Shown one piece after another: positions 54,151 to 64,000 of a DNA stretch of 64,000 bases. This DNA is from Paragordius varius. Its lineage: Eukaryota; Animalia; Nematomorpha. Location of the stretch: NCBI GenBank assembly GCA_964247055.1, contig OZ176059.1:248001-312000 (forward strand), in the 5' to 3' direction. Both the position numbers and the translations under genes were made by a program. Positions within the stretch are counted from its first letter, which is position 1. Each line of letters opens with the position of its first letter. The notes below the pieces were generated by a model, which had not been told where the DNA came from, did not search any database, and saw only the letters and a list, made by a program, of their open reading frames with translations.

Positions 54151-55079
54151 CATGGGTTTAAATCTACTATAGCTTTGCATTGTGGAATTATATTCCATTC
54201 AAATTTAAAGACTTTTTTTAGATAATTTTATGTTACTGAATATTTGATTTAATGATTTACGTAAAGTTATAATATTAAAAGTTTCCTTTTATGAACCCAA
54301 CGAAATGTATATATTTCTTTCAAAAGTTATAATTCTATGAGTTGAGCTGATCACAAGATATAATCAAAGTAGCTGTATGTATTATTCGCTAAATTATACT
54401 TATTTGTAAGATGTTAATCATCATATCATAACGGAATACATTTTTATATAAAATTTGGCCTTTGTTAAAATTAAACTTAATGGCATTGATTTCTGATGCA
54501 TATACTTAAAATGTAAATACCAAATTCAAATGATACAAATATATATCGACCCAAAATCCTGGAAGCTGATTGGGTTTTAAAGGATTACACGTAAAAGTGC
54601 ATCTTTACACAGTAATTTAAACTGGTAAACTGAAAAGTTATTAAATGGCAAAAGACATTTGTGTTATGCAAAAGGCTCATATTTAAGAGAGAGAGAGATA
54701 TATAAACCGCTAAACCATTGATTAAACAGTCAAATAATCGATTATTAAATAACCTTTTTCTATAACTTAAAAAAAGGAATTGAAAAAAATTGCTTGTTTA
54801 GAAAATTATTATCGGTTAATTCTTTTTTTGCGAAGTTTTAGGACATTTTTTTACGTTACTTAATGAAAACAGGTAAAATATAAAATGGAATTCCATGTGC
54901 CCCCCCCCCCCTTCTTCTGAGTCCGTAAATTAACCAGCGCCTATTAAACCAATCATATCATTATACACTGCTCACTTGAATATGCACGAAAAGACAAAAA
55001 TAATAAAGAAAAGTAAATCCAAACACTATTATATCTTGGAGATAATTTATAAATGAATGTTAACATATTTTGATCATGT

Positions 55080-55350
55080 CATGCGATCGAATTATTTAGA
55101 CAAGGACATATGTTTTGGAAAGGTAGAAGGGTATGAAAAAAATACAAGGTCGACCGCAGATACTGTAGTTTGATGTGATAAAAGAGGATACTAAGATGAC
55201 ATTAAAACATTTGAATGTAGCGGTAAATGATCGAAATGGAATCAATAATGCACGTTTTAGATCCAAAATGTCGCTTGTTTCGTCTTGGCAATAACCAACA
55301 ACCAAGTTTAAATTATGTTCTATTTCATCCTGATAATGTGCAAATCTAAA
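55080..55350 (+). mobile_element. Possible non-LTR retrotransposon (R4/Dong-like) C-terminal remnant
   Basis: Frame-switching peptides KKYKVDRRYCSLM / VLDPKCRLFRLGNNQQPSLNYVLFH resemble the post-RT zinc-knuckle region (VD...W...D.CRLC....ET..HI). Multiple stops. Confidence 0.25.
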
Positions 55351-55839
55351 TTAATTCTAAACATATTTTTGTTATCTTTTTACATTATTTTTTGCCGTAT
55401 GAAATATCAATTTTATTAGAAACTTATGAAATGTTAAATTTTGTTTTTTAAGAAATGCTAGCTGGTCCTGTTACGCTTTGTGACATAGTCTCACCGATAA
55501 TTATTGTTAATAATTTGCAATAAATAGAAGTAATGGAGATAAAAAATAATAAAAAACATATTTAATAAAAAGAATGTCTTTATTTATTTTTTACGGGTTT
55601 ATGCATAGGCTCAAATATTGTTTACTCGAAATTGACCATATTTAAACTGTCGCTTAGTTAATATTCAACTATCATTGGATTTATTTTAGGATTTTCGTTT
55701 CACGAAATCATGGTTAAAAATTTTATTTTGAAATTGTGTTCACACAGCTGGGATCAAGGGATATAAAAAGAAATCATTTGTGCCCCATTCTTAAAGGAAA
55801 GAATGATATACGAATTCCCTCAGAAATCTATTTAACTGT

Positions 55840-56760
55840 CGCATGGCTTCTTAAGTTTTTCACAAAACCAGGTCATTTTGTATGGTGTATCAGTTAAACC
55901 GGCAGACCTCTACCCATAGACCTATATGGAAAAAGCGAAAAGTTAAATTCTTTGCTCTTATGGGGCAAATATTTGGAATCATCTTTGATACCATCGTCTC
56001 ATGGGTTATTTGAAAAAATACCTCAACACTCAATAATCGTTACGATGACATATTTTAAGGGCATAAAAACCCCAAATTAACATCAAAAAGCCTGACCTCC
56101 AATTAAGGTAATATAAGCTTTTAAGAGCTCATATGGCTTCATAATGTTTCTGTAATTTAGCTCCAAAACAACATAATTTCTATATAGTGGCGCAGTTTCT
56201 GGCGGGTAGTTCCTAACCCAGGGGCAGGTATAAATATGAGCAAAATTTATGCCTTTATATGGGGATAGAATTATCATGGACATATTTTCCTATTAAGTCT
56301 CATAGGTTTTCTGAAATTTAGCTCCAAAGGGAGGCTGTATCCATATGGTGACGCAGTTTTCCGCGGGTAGCCCCCTACCCGGAGGCCTTAAAATAGACGT
56401 TGGATAAAAAATTTTGCCCTTTTACGGAGATACCTGGAATCATAATTGATTCCATATGCTCTCATTAGTTTTTGAAATAATTGCTTCAAATTCTATGGTG
56501 GCGCATTTTTTAGGGCGCGAATGGCCCAATTAACGGCTAATTTTGGAAAACTACACGATTTAAATTTATGCCTTTACGGATAATATTTTAAGCACCTATA
56601 GATCTCATATGGCCTGATCGGTTTTCTGAAATTCATCCCCAAAAGCACGCTATTTCCAGACGCGACAGTTTTTAGCGGGTATCTCCTTACCCAGCAGCCA
56701 ATATAAAAAAACGTACGACTAAAATTCTTGCCTTTCAACAGGAAATACTTGAAATCCTTT
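55840..56760. repeat. Diverged tandem array, unit ~150-166 bp, ~6 copies
   Basis: The anchor aaatt(t/c)(a/t)tgcc(c/t)tt recurs at 56243, 56409, 56562 and 56722 (and ~55945). gcagttt..gcgggta recurs at 56192, 56353 and 56666. gttt(t)ctg(a/t)aatt recurs at 56146, 56306 and 56621. Confidence 0.75.
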
Positions 56761-57849
56761 TGATTTTTACGGTGTTATACCTTGGGCGAAAAAAATTCAA
56801 TTTTTTTGCGGACTTAGTTTTTTTTGAAAAAAATAGCATTTTAGGGGGGGGGGGGGAGCGGGTTAAAACAGGGCCTAAGTTAAAAAAGAAGCTGACTATG
56901 TGCGGCGCAATCAAAAAGTATAAAAATCATAATTGAAATCGAATGGTCCAACACGCTTTCCGGAAAATTGTTTTAAAGACAGGATTTTTGTGGACATGTT
57001 TTCAAAAAAAACCGTTTTTTACAAGGGGTGAGTCCGAACTGGGGGCCAAATTCAAAAAAAGGGCGAAACCGGGGCATTTATTAATCATTATATTTTTTCA
57101 ACATTTGATTTGAATGATTCTACCGGTTTTTACGGAAACAGATCACAAAGCCAGCATTTTCCATTTTTATAAATATTTAGATTAGATATTATTAGGAAGT
57201 TTATTATAAAAGATGCTCAATATTATTTTTTTATCAAAAAAAATGCGGGAAGGGCATTAATGAATCAAGAGTTGTTCACTCACTTTATTTTGTTATTATA
57301 TTTTGTCCGTATAATTCCAATGTTTACTGTATATTTTGACGGCTGTGGTATGAATGAATTGTTCATTATTTAGACCATAACAAAACCCTAATTGTTTAGA
57401 TACATTTCGATGTGTGATTAATTCAATTCGCTTTTAAGAAAGACCTTAGAATCTATATCGACTTCGAATTACATCTTGTGTCCTGTTGTAATATAATTTA
57501 GCATTTAAAATTGAAAAACAAATTATATACAATATGTTATATAATCATCACGAATCTCCATAAAGGCCATTGCCCAAATTTAAAAAATGGTCCGTCCGTT
57601 GCCAAAATTAAAATAATTTCTCAGCCGCTGACTGACTCATTTTTCATTTTATCAATCTGAGAGCATCGGTATCAGCTAATCAGTAATAAGATTTGCAAAG
57701 TCATTTTTTGTTTAGAGTAAAATGGTTTCCTTTTGTTTGGTTCAGTAGATTTTTTGGTAATAATATTATTTATGGCTATGAATTGACTGCATTCATATGC
57801 GGTAAGTCTTTTATGCCTGTCATAAAGTCTAACCCTATTAGTTTTTTAC

Positions 57850-58150
57850 CAAGGAACTTCCACTGTGAATTTTTTTAGCTATATAATGGTACACTTAAGT
57901 CGTTTTCTCGGCTAATCCATTTGACTTTGGTAAATTACAATAAATTTGTTTTTTCAGTAAATTATTAAAATAAATGATGTGAAATCTGTTTGCGTTAGGA
58001 AACTCAATCGATATATATATATCCAGATTTTCCCAATGAAAATATATGAAATAACTTTTAAATATTAAGCCGTTATCAATCAACCGGCTATGTCTATTAA
58101 AAAAGATAGCTTTAAAGTTCCAATTCTATAATTGTTCTCTTTTATATTGA
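57850..58150 (-). mobile_element. Gypsy integrase remnant
   Basis: Minus-strand fragments IDIAG, IDNGLIFKSYF and PKSNGLAEK in the correct order; heavily decayed. Confidence 0.4.
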
Positions 58151-58430
58151 GTTACAGAATCAATGCTGCCTCAATTCGTTTTAAATTTATGTATATTGTT
58201 GGCCAAACTACAGATTATCCTGCAGGAATCGGAAGCTATTTAACTGTAATATCAAGTTTAATCGTCAAAACAATATTCCTTTAGAGAATTATTCATACCC
58301 CATTTATAAATTTTAAATAAATATATTTAAATTAAATAGTCATGATTTGACATTGATCGTATTTGATAATACCAAACTGTTTTACTTATTTATCTATAAT
58401 GTTAATATTAGGTAGACCCAACCAATGAGA

Positions 58431-58704
58431 TACAATAAAGATTCAAATTATACTAACAAAACTTATAAATATAAGACAAAAATTTATTTCTAAAGACAAT
58501 CATATTTTTTTTAAACCTTAATTTACCCTATTAAAATCCTTTAATAACAATAGTAAAATATGTAATTTGAGTTAATTGTATACTTTGATGTTTAAAAACA
58601 ATGAGATATTTGAAAAACAGAATTTAAAAAGTATGGTTGTCTTTTAGAAAAAATATTTGTTTATATATTTTGGGTTTGTCCGTATAATTTCAATTTTTAC
58701 TGTA
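58431..58704. mobile_element. MITE family A copy
   Basis: Degenerate left TIR; right TIR gtccgtataatttcaatttttactgta. Confidence 0.8.
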
Positions 58705-59541
58705 TATTCCCAAAATATACCAACTAATACAAAGTGTATTTATAAATATATGAAAATTCACAAGTTACGGTATAATTTTAAAATATAATTTATCATGAAT
58801 AAATGATAATAATTATAAAATTGTAATGTGAACATCCAAACTTTAATAATTTGTCCTGCTTCGTTGTAAGTTCGTCGAAACCTTATTGTAAGTTTATAAA
58901 ACGGTCGCATATAATCAGCATAATTATAATAATGGTCATAATTATAAAAAAAATTGGACTCCACAATTTTCGGAAAAAAGTCAAATTTATATGTAGAGGT
59001 GGATACCAAGGTCGAAATTTACGAAACGCGTAATAATTTTTACTTTAATCAAACAAATACAACCATTACGAGTTTACATGCTATAGAAGTTTTCGGAGAA
59101 ATTGGTTTTTAAAATTCTTTGAAGATATGGCTTTTAGGAAAATGGTACAGACATAAGCTTAGGCTAAACGGGGTAATTAATGAAGGTGGTTTTTTTATGT
59201 TTGGCGCATTTATATAAAATTTAATGAATGGGCTCACACATCTTTTACAAGGCCTAAAAACACGATTTTGTGAACTTGAATTCTTTGAAAACCAGATTAT
59301 ACGCGGGGTAAAGCGAGAAACGATTATATTAAAAAGATGGACCGATTAAGCTCGGGTCATGAATAATTAAATGTATATATTTGAATGAGGTCCCAAGATT
59401 TGCGGGAAATTGCTTTAATAGATTTTAGTTAGTCGCATGCTAATCCTTTTGTTAAAAATGTGTTAATTAAAAAAACATACTATTTTCAGCCTTATCCCTA
59501 ATAATAATTTTATTAACCACATAATCACTTAGCATCTAAAG

Positions 59542-59814
59542 CAGGAGTGTCTAAAACAATTGGCTTCGCGGGGCATATCTGAAAAATATATGGGTATTAA
59601 CAAAAATTTTATTAGAATTTAGATCTAAGACTATAAAACATCTATTTCTTTTAATTAAATTTTTGCCAGTTCTATGCCGAAATTCGGGAATATCGTAAAA
59701 TTAGTTTAAATAAATAATTTCTTATTAGTCAAATTTTGTATTTGAAATTTCTCGTGGGCGGCACAATTCTGTAGTGTCGCATGCGGATCGGGTGCCGCGT
59801 GTTGGACACCTATG
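59542..59814. mobile_element. hAT-type MITE (family C)
   Basis: TIR CAGG(G/A)GTGTC(C/T)AA ... TTGGACACC(C/T)(C/A)TG with a near-matching 8-bp flank (atctaaag/atttaagg) and subterminal gcggcc/ggccgc motifs. Other copies at ~7688-7908, 10416-10714, 13418-13727, 23522-23707, ~28017-28080 (partial), ~42650-42940 and ~44765-44940. Confidence 0.75.
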
Positions 59815-60264
59815 ATTTAAGGCAATTAAATATTCTTAATTTAATTATTTTCTTATCATTTTAAATTTTTATACCCTTTAACTAAAACATAAATCTATTG
59901 TATGTGTTCTCCATGGATCATATAATTCCTCCCTTTTTAGTGAAAAACTAAAATTTTATCTAAATATAATAAGATTATTATGTGATAATTCAATTTTCTT
60001 GCAGAATCTAACATAAATATGACATAGTAAATGAGGATGTCAAACATCTCAATTATAATTTTTGTCAATCGCATTATGTTTTAATATATTCGGTGATTAA
60101 TTAAAATCGCGGCTAAAAATATACAGCGCACCCCCAATATGGTCTCCCGATTTCATAATGAATATTAATAATCAGCGCCTATACAATCACATTAATATAA
60201 GGGCCTACTTTTTACATTATGATAATGAGAAAAGCCAAATAAATTTTGGGCATACGTGTTATCA

Positions 60265-60470
60265 ATGGAAAAATTAAAATTATACGGACAAAATAAAAAA
60301 AGACAATTTTTTTTAATTGATTGCGTTACCAATATATATCTCTAATTTATATTCCATTTTAAAAGTTATATTATAAAAATCAACATATAAAAACTATAAT
60401 TTTCTTTTAGGAGAAAATATTTGTCTTTATATTTTTACGTTTTGCCCGTATAATTTCAATTTTTACTGTA
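60265..60470. mobile_element. MITE family A copy (internally deleted)
   Basis: aaattatacggacaaaa ... gcccgtataatttcaatttttactgta. Confidence 0.75.
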
Positions 60471-60893
60471 TCTTTTTGATTCTCATAGAATGGATATTCT
60501 ATATTGAATTCTTTTTCTCCATTAATTTAAGAATTTATATTCAAAAGATAAAATATTGCAAATCCCAACTAAATCTTACTATCTAAAGTATGAAACATGT
60601 TTTGACTGTTTTATCAATTACGGGCCGCATCTCGATTATAAAATACGACAAAGGACCGCATACCAAAAATATAAAAAACCACTGGAATCAATGCGACCAA
60701 ATGAAGCTGTATTGTTACATATAAAAAGATTAATTGGTTAAATTTATGACAAAAATGATAAATTATTGTTAATAATTATAATTATAAAAGATATTTCTTT
60801 CAACTAGGTCGAAAAATGCAAGCTATACACTTTTGTTTATTTTTTGTATTTTTTGGGAAGTGGGCAACAAAAAAATCCTAGATCACATGAGGT

Positions 60894-61072
60894 CAGAGTC
60901 GTAGCTAGATGGGGAATGTGTTAAAATTTCTTAATTTTATTTTAAAAAAAGGGTATTTAAAAGTTATTATTTTGAAAATACATTGGACATGATCACGGTT
61001 TGATTTTTTTATTTTTTTAAATGCAAGGGTTCGCATGGATGGAGGGAGCCAGAAATGCAAGCTACGCCTCTG
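60894..61072. mobile_element. Small MITE with TIR CAGAG(T/G)CGTAGCT
   Basis: cagagtcgtagctag ... aagctacgcctctg. Confidence 0.6.
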
Positions 61073-61574
61073 CGATAGTACAAGCGTTTTGTCATTCATA
61101 ATCTTTACAGTGTACACAAATACACCACTTAGATTAATTATTTAAAAGTCATAGCAATAATGGTTCAATTCACAATTTTATAGAAGCGAAATCTTATAGC
61201 CCAAGATTAACTCAATATTAAACATTTTGGGGATATCTATATTTATACAATTTTAATCATTCAAAAATATGGTTTTAGATTTAGCAGTTTTTAACAATAA
61301 ATATGAATTTAAAGTTTTTCTACAAAAATATCCATCATTTTCATGATTTAACTTTACATACTTTTCACAACTACTTTGAATATACCCTTTGAATTGGGTA
61401 ACTCATTAAAATAAACTTTATACATAAAAAGGTTGATTTCATAAAAATACAAAAACTATAATCTTGAATGTTATACATACCCCTAAATAATTAAATAGCA
61501 ATATTCAGGTAAATAAATTTTTAAAACATATATTTAAAATTTGAATAACCATGATTGTACAATGTAACCTACTG

Positions 61575-61665
61575 GCTCTTAAATGTATGTTTTATTGTAA
61601 GCGAGGCGTTATTTGCATAAGTGAGTTTATAATGAATAAAAAGGAGATATTTAGGGTATAAAAGT
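61575..61665 (+). promoter_or_regulatory. Serpin B upstream block: octamer ATTTGCAT (61611-61618) and TATA-like gggtataaaag (~61654)
   Basis: Conserved with the left arm; lies 50-135 nt upstream of the ATG. Confidence 0.45.
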
Positions 61666-61710
61666 GTGATATTTGGGATAGAATAAAATATTTGTAATAA
61701 TTTTTTAAAT

Positions 61711-63047
61711 ATGATTTTTTTCAAATCCTTATGCTTATTTGCTATCGCGGCTTTGTTCTGTGTAAGCGATTACCCTGTCATTTGTAAAACGGTCACGAAT
61801 TCAATTGATTTGAGTCTGGCTAATCATGCCTTTTCCATCAAACTTTTGCAGGATATGTATAAGGATGTTTCGTTAGTTTTTTCACCCACCAACATTGGCC
61901 ATTGTTTGAGTGCGCTGATGACGGGATTGCGTGGAGATACATTTGATGAACTATTTACTGGGCTTCAGTACCATTTGGTTCCTAAACTTGCCAAGGTTAA
62001 ATCTCTAAATGGAATTAACCAGGTGGCTTTGCAACGTTCATTCCTAACCATGTTGCAAAGCTTGCAAGCTTCAGGAAACGTTAGTATATCATCTGGCCTC
62101 TATTCTGACAACACATTTTACCTTACAGATAAATTTGTTAAGGCTGTTAGCTCATATTATATGAGTGAAGCTAAATCGCTTGATTTTCATGCTGCGCCCG
62201 ATAATGCACGAAATAGCATTAATGAGGATGTGGCCCGTGCTACTAAAGGCTTGATTGAGGACCTATTGGCCCCAGGATCTATTACCGAGGATACGAAAAT
62301 GGTGTTGACTAGTACGATTCAGTTTGAAGATCATTGGAGGCAATCTTTTAATGATAAACTTTCGGCTGATCGAGACTTTTTGCGCGATGACGGGGAAACA
62401 GTTTCGCTAAAGATGATGCATGGTAGACAAAAACGTCCCTACTTTGAAGAACCGATGGAAGGCAAGGAAAGCGAAAACCTTAAAGTTTTGAAATTGCCTT
62501 ACCTATCTGCGAGATTTGCCTTGTATGTCATTATGCCACCTGCTCAAACCATGTCTACTTTGATTAAGACTCTAACGGTTGATAAGCTAAAACGGTATAT
62601 TAAGAGCGTGGATGCGGTTGACATTGAAATTGCTATGCCAATATTCCAAACACTTTCTGACCTTAATTTGATTGAGGCATTGGAGAATATGGGAGTACAC
62701 AAGATTTTTAGGTAAACATTGTTTATTTATTTTATAACTTTTTAACACAGGAAAAGAACTTAAAAATATTATGTATTTTTACTATTATATAATAATTTAG
62801 GGCGGATGGCGATTTTACAGGAATAACCAAGGACCCTAGATCGGATTTGCATGTTTCAACTTTGGTTCATAAAGCCTTTCTTAAAGTGCATGAAAATGGG
62901 ACTGTGGCGGCTGCTGCGACAGCTGCTGGAGCATCGGTTACATCAGCTACCCCTTATGAATTTATGGCTACGCATCCTTTTATGTACATTTTGTATGATC
63001 ATGAAACCAAACACATTTTATTTATTGGCGCTTATACTGGACATTAA
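61711..63047 (+). CDS. Secreted inhibitory-type serpin, copy B (2 exons, 415 aa, intact)
   Basis: Exons 61711-62711 and 62801-63047 with a phase-2 GT-AG intron of 89 nt. Signal peptide MIFFKSLCLFAIAALFCVSDYPVIC. Serpin motifs: NHAFSIKLLQ, VFSPTNI, INEDVARATKGLIEDLL, FEDHW, LKLPY, MP, VHKAFLKVHENGTVAAAAT (hinge), FMATHPFMYILYD...ILFIG. Confidence 0.95.
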
Positions 63048-63254
63048 ATTGTTGTATAAAAAATAAAATAAATTGAATTAGTACATATATAATTTTTATT
63101 GTTAACGAATGTTGGTGTTTGCTCGCCTATCGTAATTATCACAAAACTTACCAAAACAATTAAGTAGGTGTTGCCTGTGGTCTGTATATCAACTATTTGC
63201 AAATGTTGTCTATTGTAAGATTAAAATATTTGAATAAATTAACATCTGAGCTCT

Positions 63255-63300
63255 GTCGGAAAGTATAAAAACCACGCTACAAACGGACTAAAATTATTTC
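63255..63300 (+). promoter_or_regulatory. TATA-box promoter block of SOUL copy B
   Basis: aaagtataaaa.cca.gctac...cgga.taaaattatttc is conserved in both arms (left copy ~52395-52440, minus strand), about 70 nt before the ATG. Confidence 0.45.
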
Positions 63301-63333
63301 CATCTTTTGATTTTCAAAATTCGTTCTTTTATA

Positions 63334-64000
63334 ATGTCACACTTTTCCTTTATTATTCCGTTAACACTATTGTGTTCCCTGTTGTATATGGCTCAAATAT
63401 CGGAGCAAGCTACACGGGAAAAACGTCAAGATGAAGACTCACCTCCTCGTTACAAGGTTAAAACTAGGAGAACAACGCAAGCCATTCAACCGATTAGCAC
63501 CCGACGAGTCCGTGCCACGCCATATAACCCACCTCCAACTCCACCGGGCGAACCCAGGTATGTGGCCCCCTCCCTTCGTTTCTTTGATCAATATGAGGTG
63601 CGAAGAGTACCATTTGTTGGAGCCTTGTACAAGGATTTGTTTGACAACTTTAACGATGTATCCATATATGATTGGTTACCAGGGTATGTAACTTTGGTTT
63701 CGCTAACAAAGTTATCTATATAAAATTTAATGTACATTTTGTAATAGACATATTCCATCATTTTGTGGTCAACGCTGGTGTCCACCCTTCAAAGTTGTCT
63801 GCAAAAATGAATTTTATGAGGTACGTCAGTATGTCAACATTACTTTGGTTTCAGCAATAATTGACGCACAAGATTATAAAAGTCAAGGGCTTGGAGCGGG
63901 TTATGATACGATATACGCCTACTTTAAGGGAGACAACAAGGAATGTAAGTGAAAATTAATTATTCACAAAAGCAAAATTTGTAATATATGTATTTACATT
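63334..64000 (+). CDS. Secreted SOUL/HEBP-family protein, copy B (3'-partial)
   Basis: Exon 1 63334-63683 and exon 2 63748-63944; intron 2 runs off the window end. Only 3 amino-acid differences from copy A over the 182 codons visible. Confidence 0.85.

Larger units (their letters stand above)
51690..54170 (-). repeat. Left arm of inverted segmental duplication (serpin + SOUL cassette)
   Basis: The reverse complement aligns by eye to 61560-64000 through the upstream region, serpin, intergenic segment and SOUL exons 1-2. The arm probably extends to ~51.0 kb, but its partner lies beyond the window. Confidence 0.92.
61560..64000 (+). repeat. Right arm of inverted segmental duplication
   Basis: Partner of 51690-54170. 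The two cassettes face away from each other across a ~7.4 kb spacer. Confidence 0.92.

Noticed and set aside
1-64000. tRNA, rRNA, snRNA or telomeric repeats
   Set aside because: No A/B-box cloverleaf, rRNA or snRNA signature, or telomeric array recognised by eye. tRNAscan-SE and Infernal would be needed to exclude them formally.

Overview
A very AT-rich invertebrate animal genomic window with spliceosomal GT-AG introns (shortest about 60 nt; longer ones contain MITEs). I assembled the gene models by hand with frame-consistent splice phases. (1) The 3' part of a PTB-domain NOS1AP/CAPON homolog (+, 1432-6380). (2) A complete 17-exon EVI5-like TBC Rab-GAP (-, 7070-25196, about 1178 aa), with a rearranged Gypsy element in one intron. 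(3) A probable multi-exon gene of unknown family, not shown in the ORF track (-, about 28.7-33.7 kb). (4) A SUCO/SLP1-like mid-SUN-domain membrane protein (-, about 35.1-47.3 kb). (5) An inverted duplication of a compact two-gene cassette, secreted serpin followed by secreted SOUL heme-binding protein: the left copy (-, 51.1-54.2 kb) has an intact SOUL gene and a frameshifted serpin, and the right copy (+, 61.6 kb to window end) has an intact serpin and a SOUL gene that runs off the window. The ~7 kb spacer between the arms holds retroelement remnants and a diverged ~155-bp tandem array. Non-autonomous DNA transposons are abundant: a TA-flanked Tc1/mariner-type MITE, a hAT MITE, and three families whose termini resemble TATACCATTT, one a foldback element with 21-bp hairpin repeats. 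I found no rRNA, tRNA or CRISPR array. Family assignments come from motif recognition from memory, not database searches.
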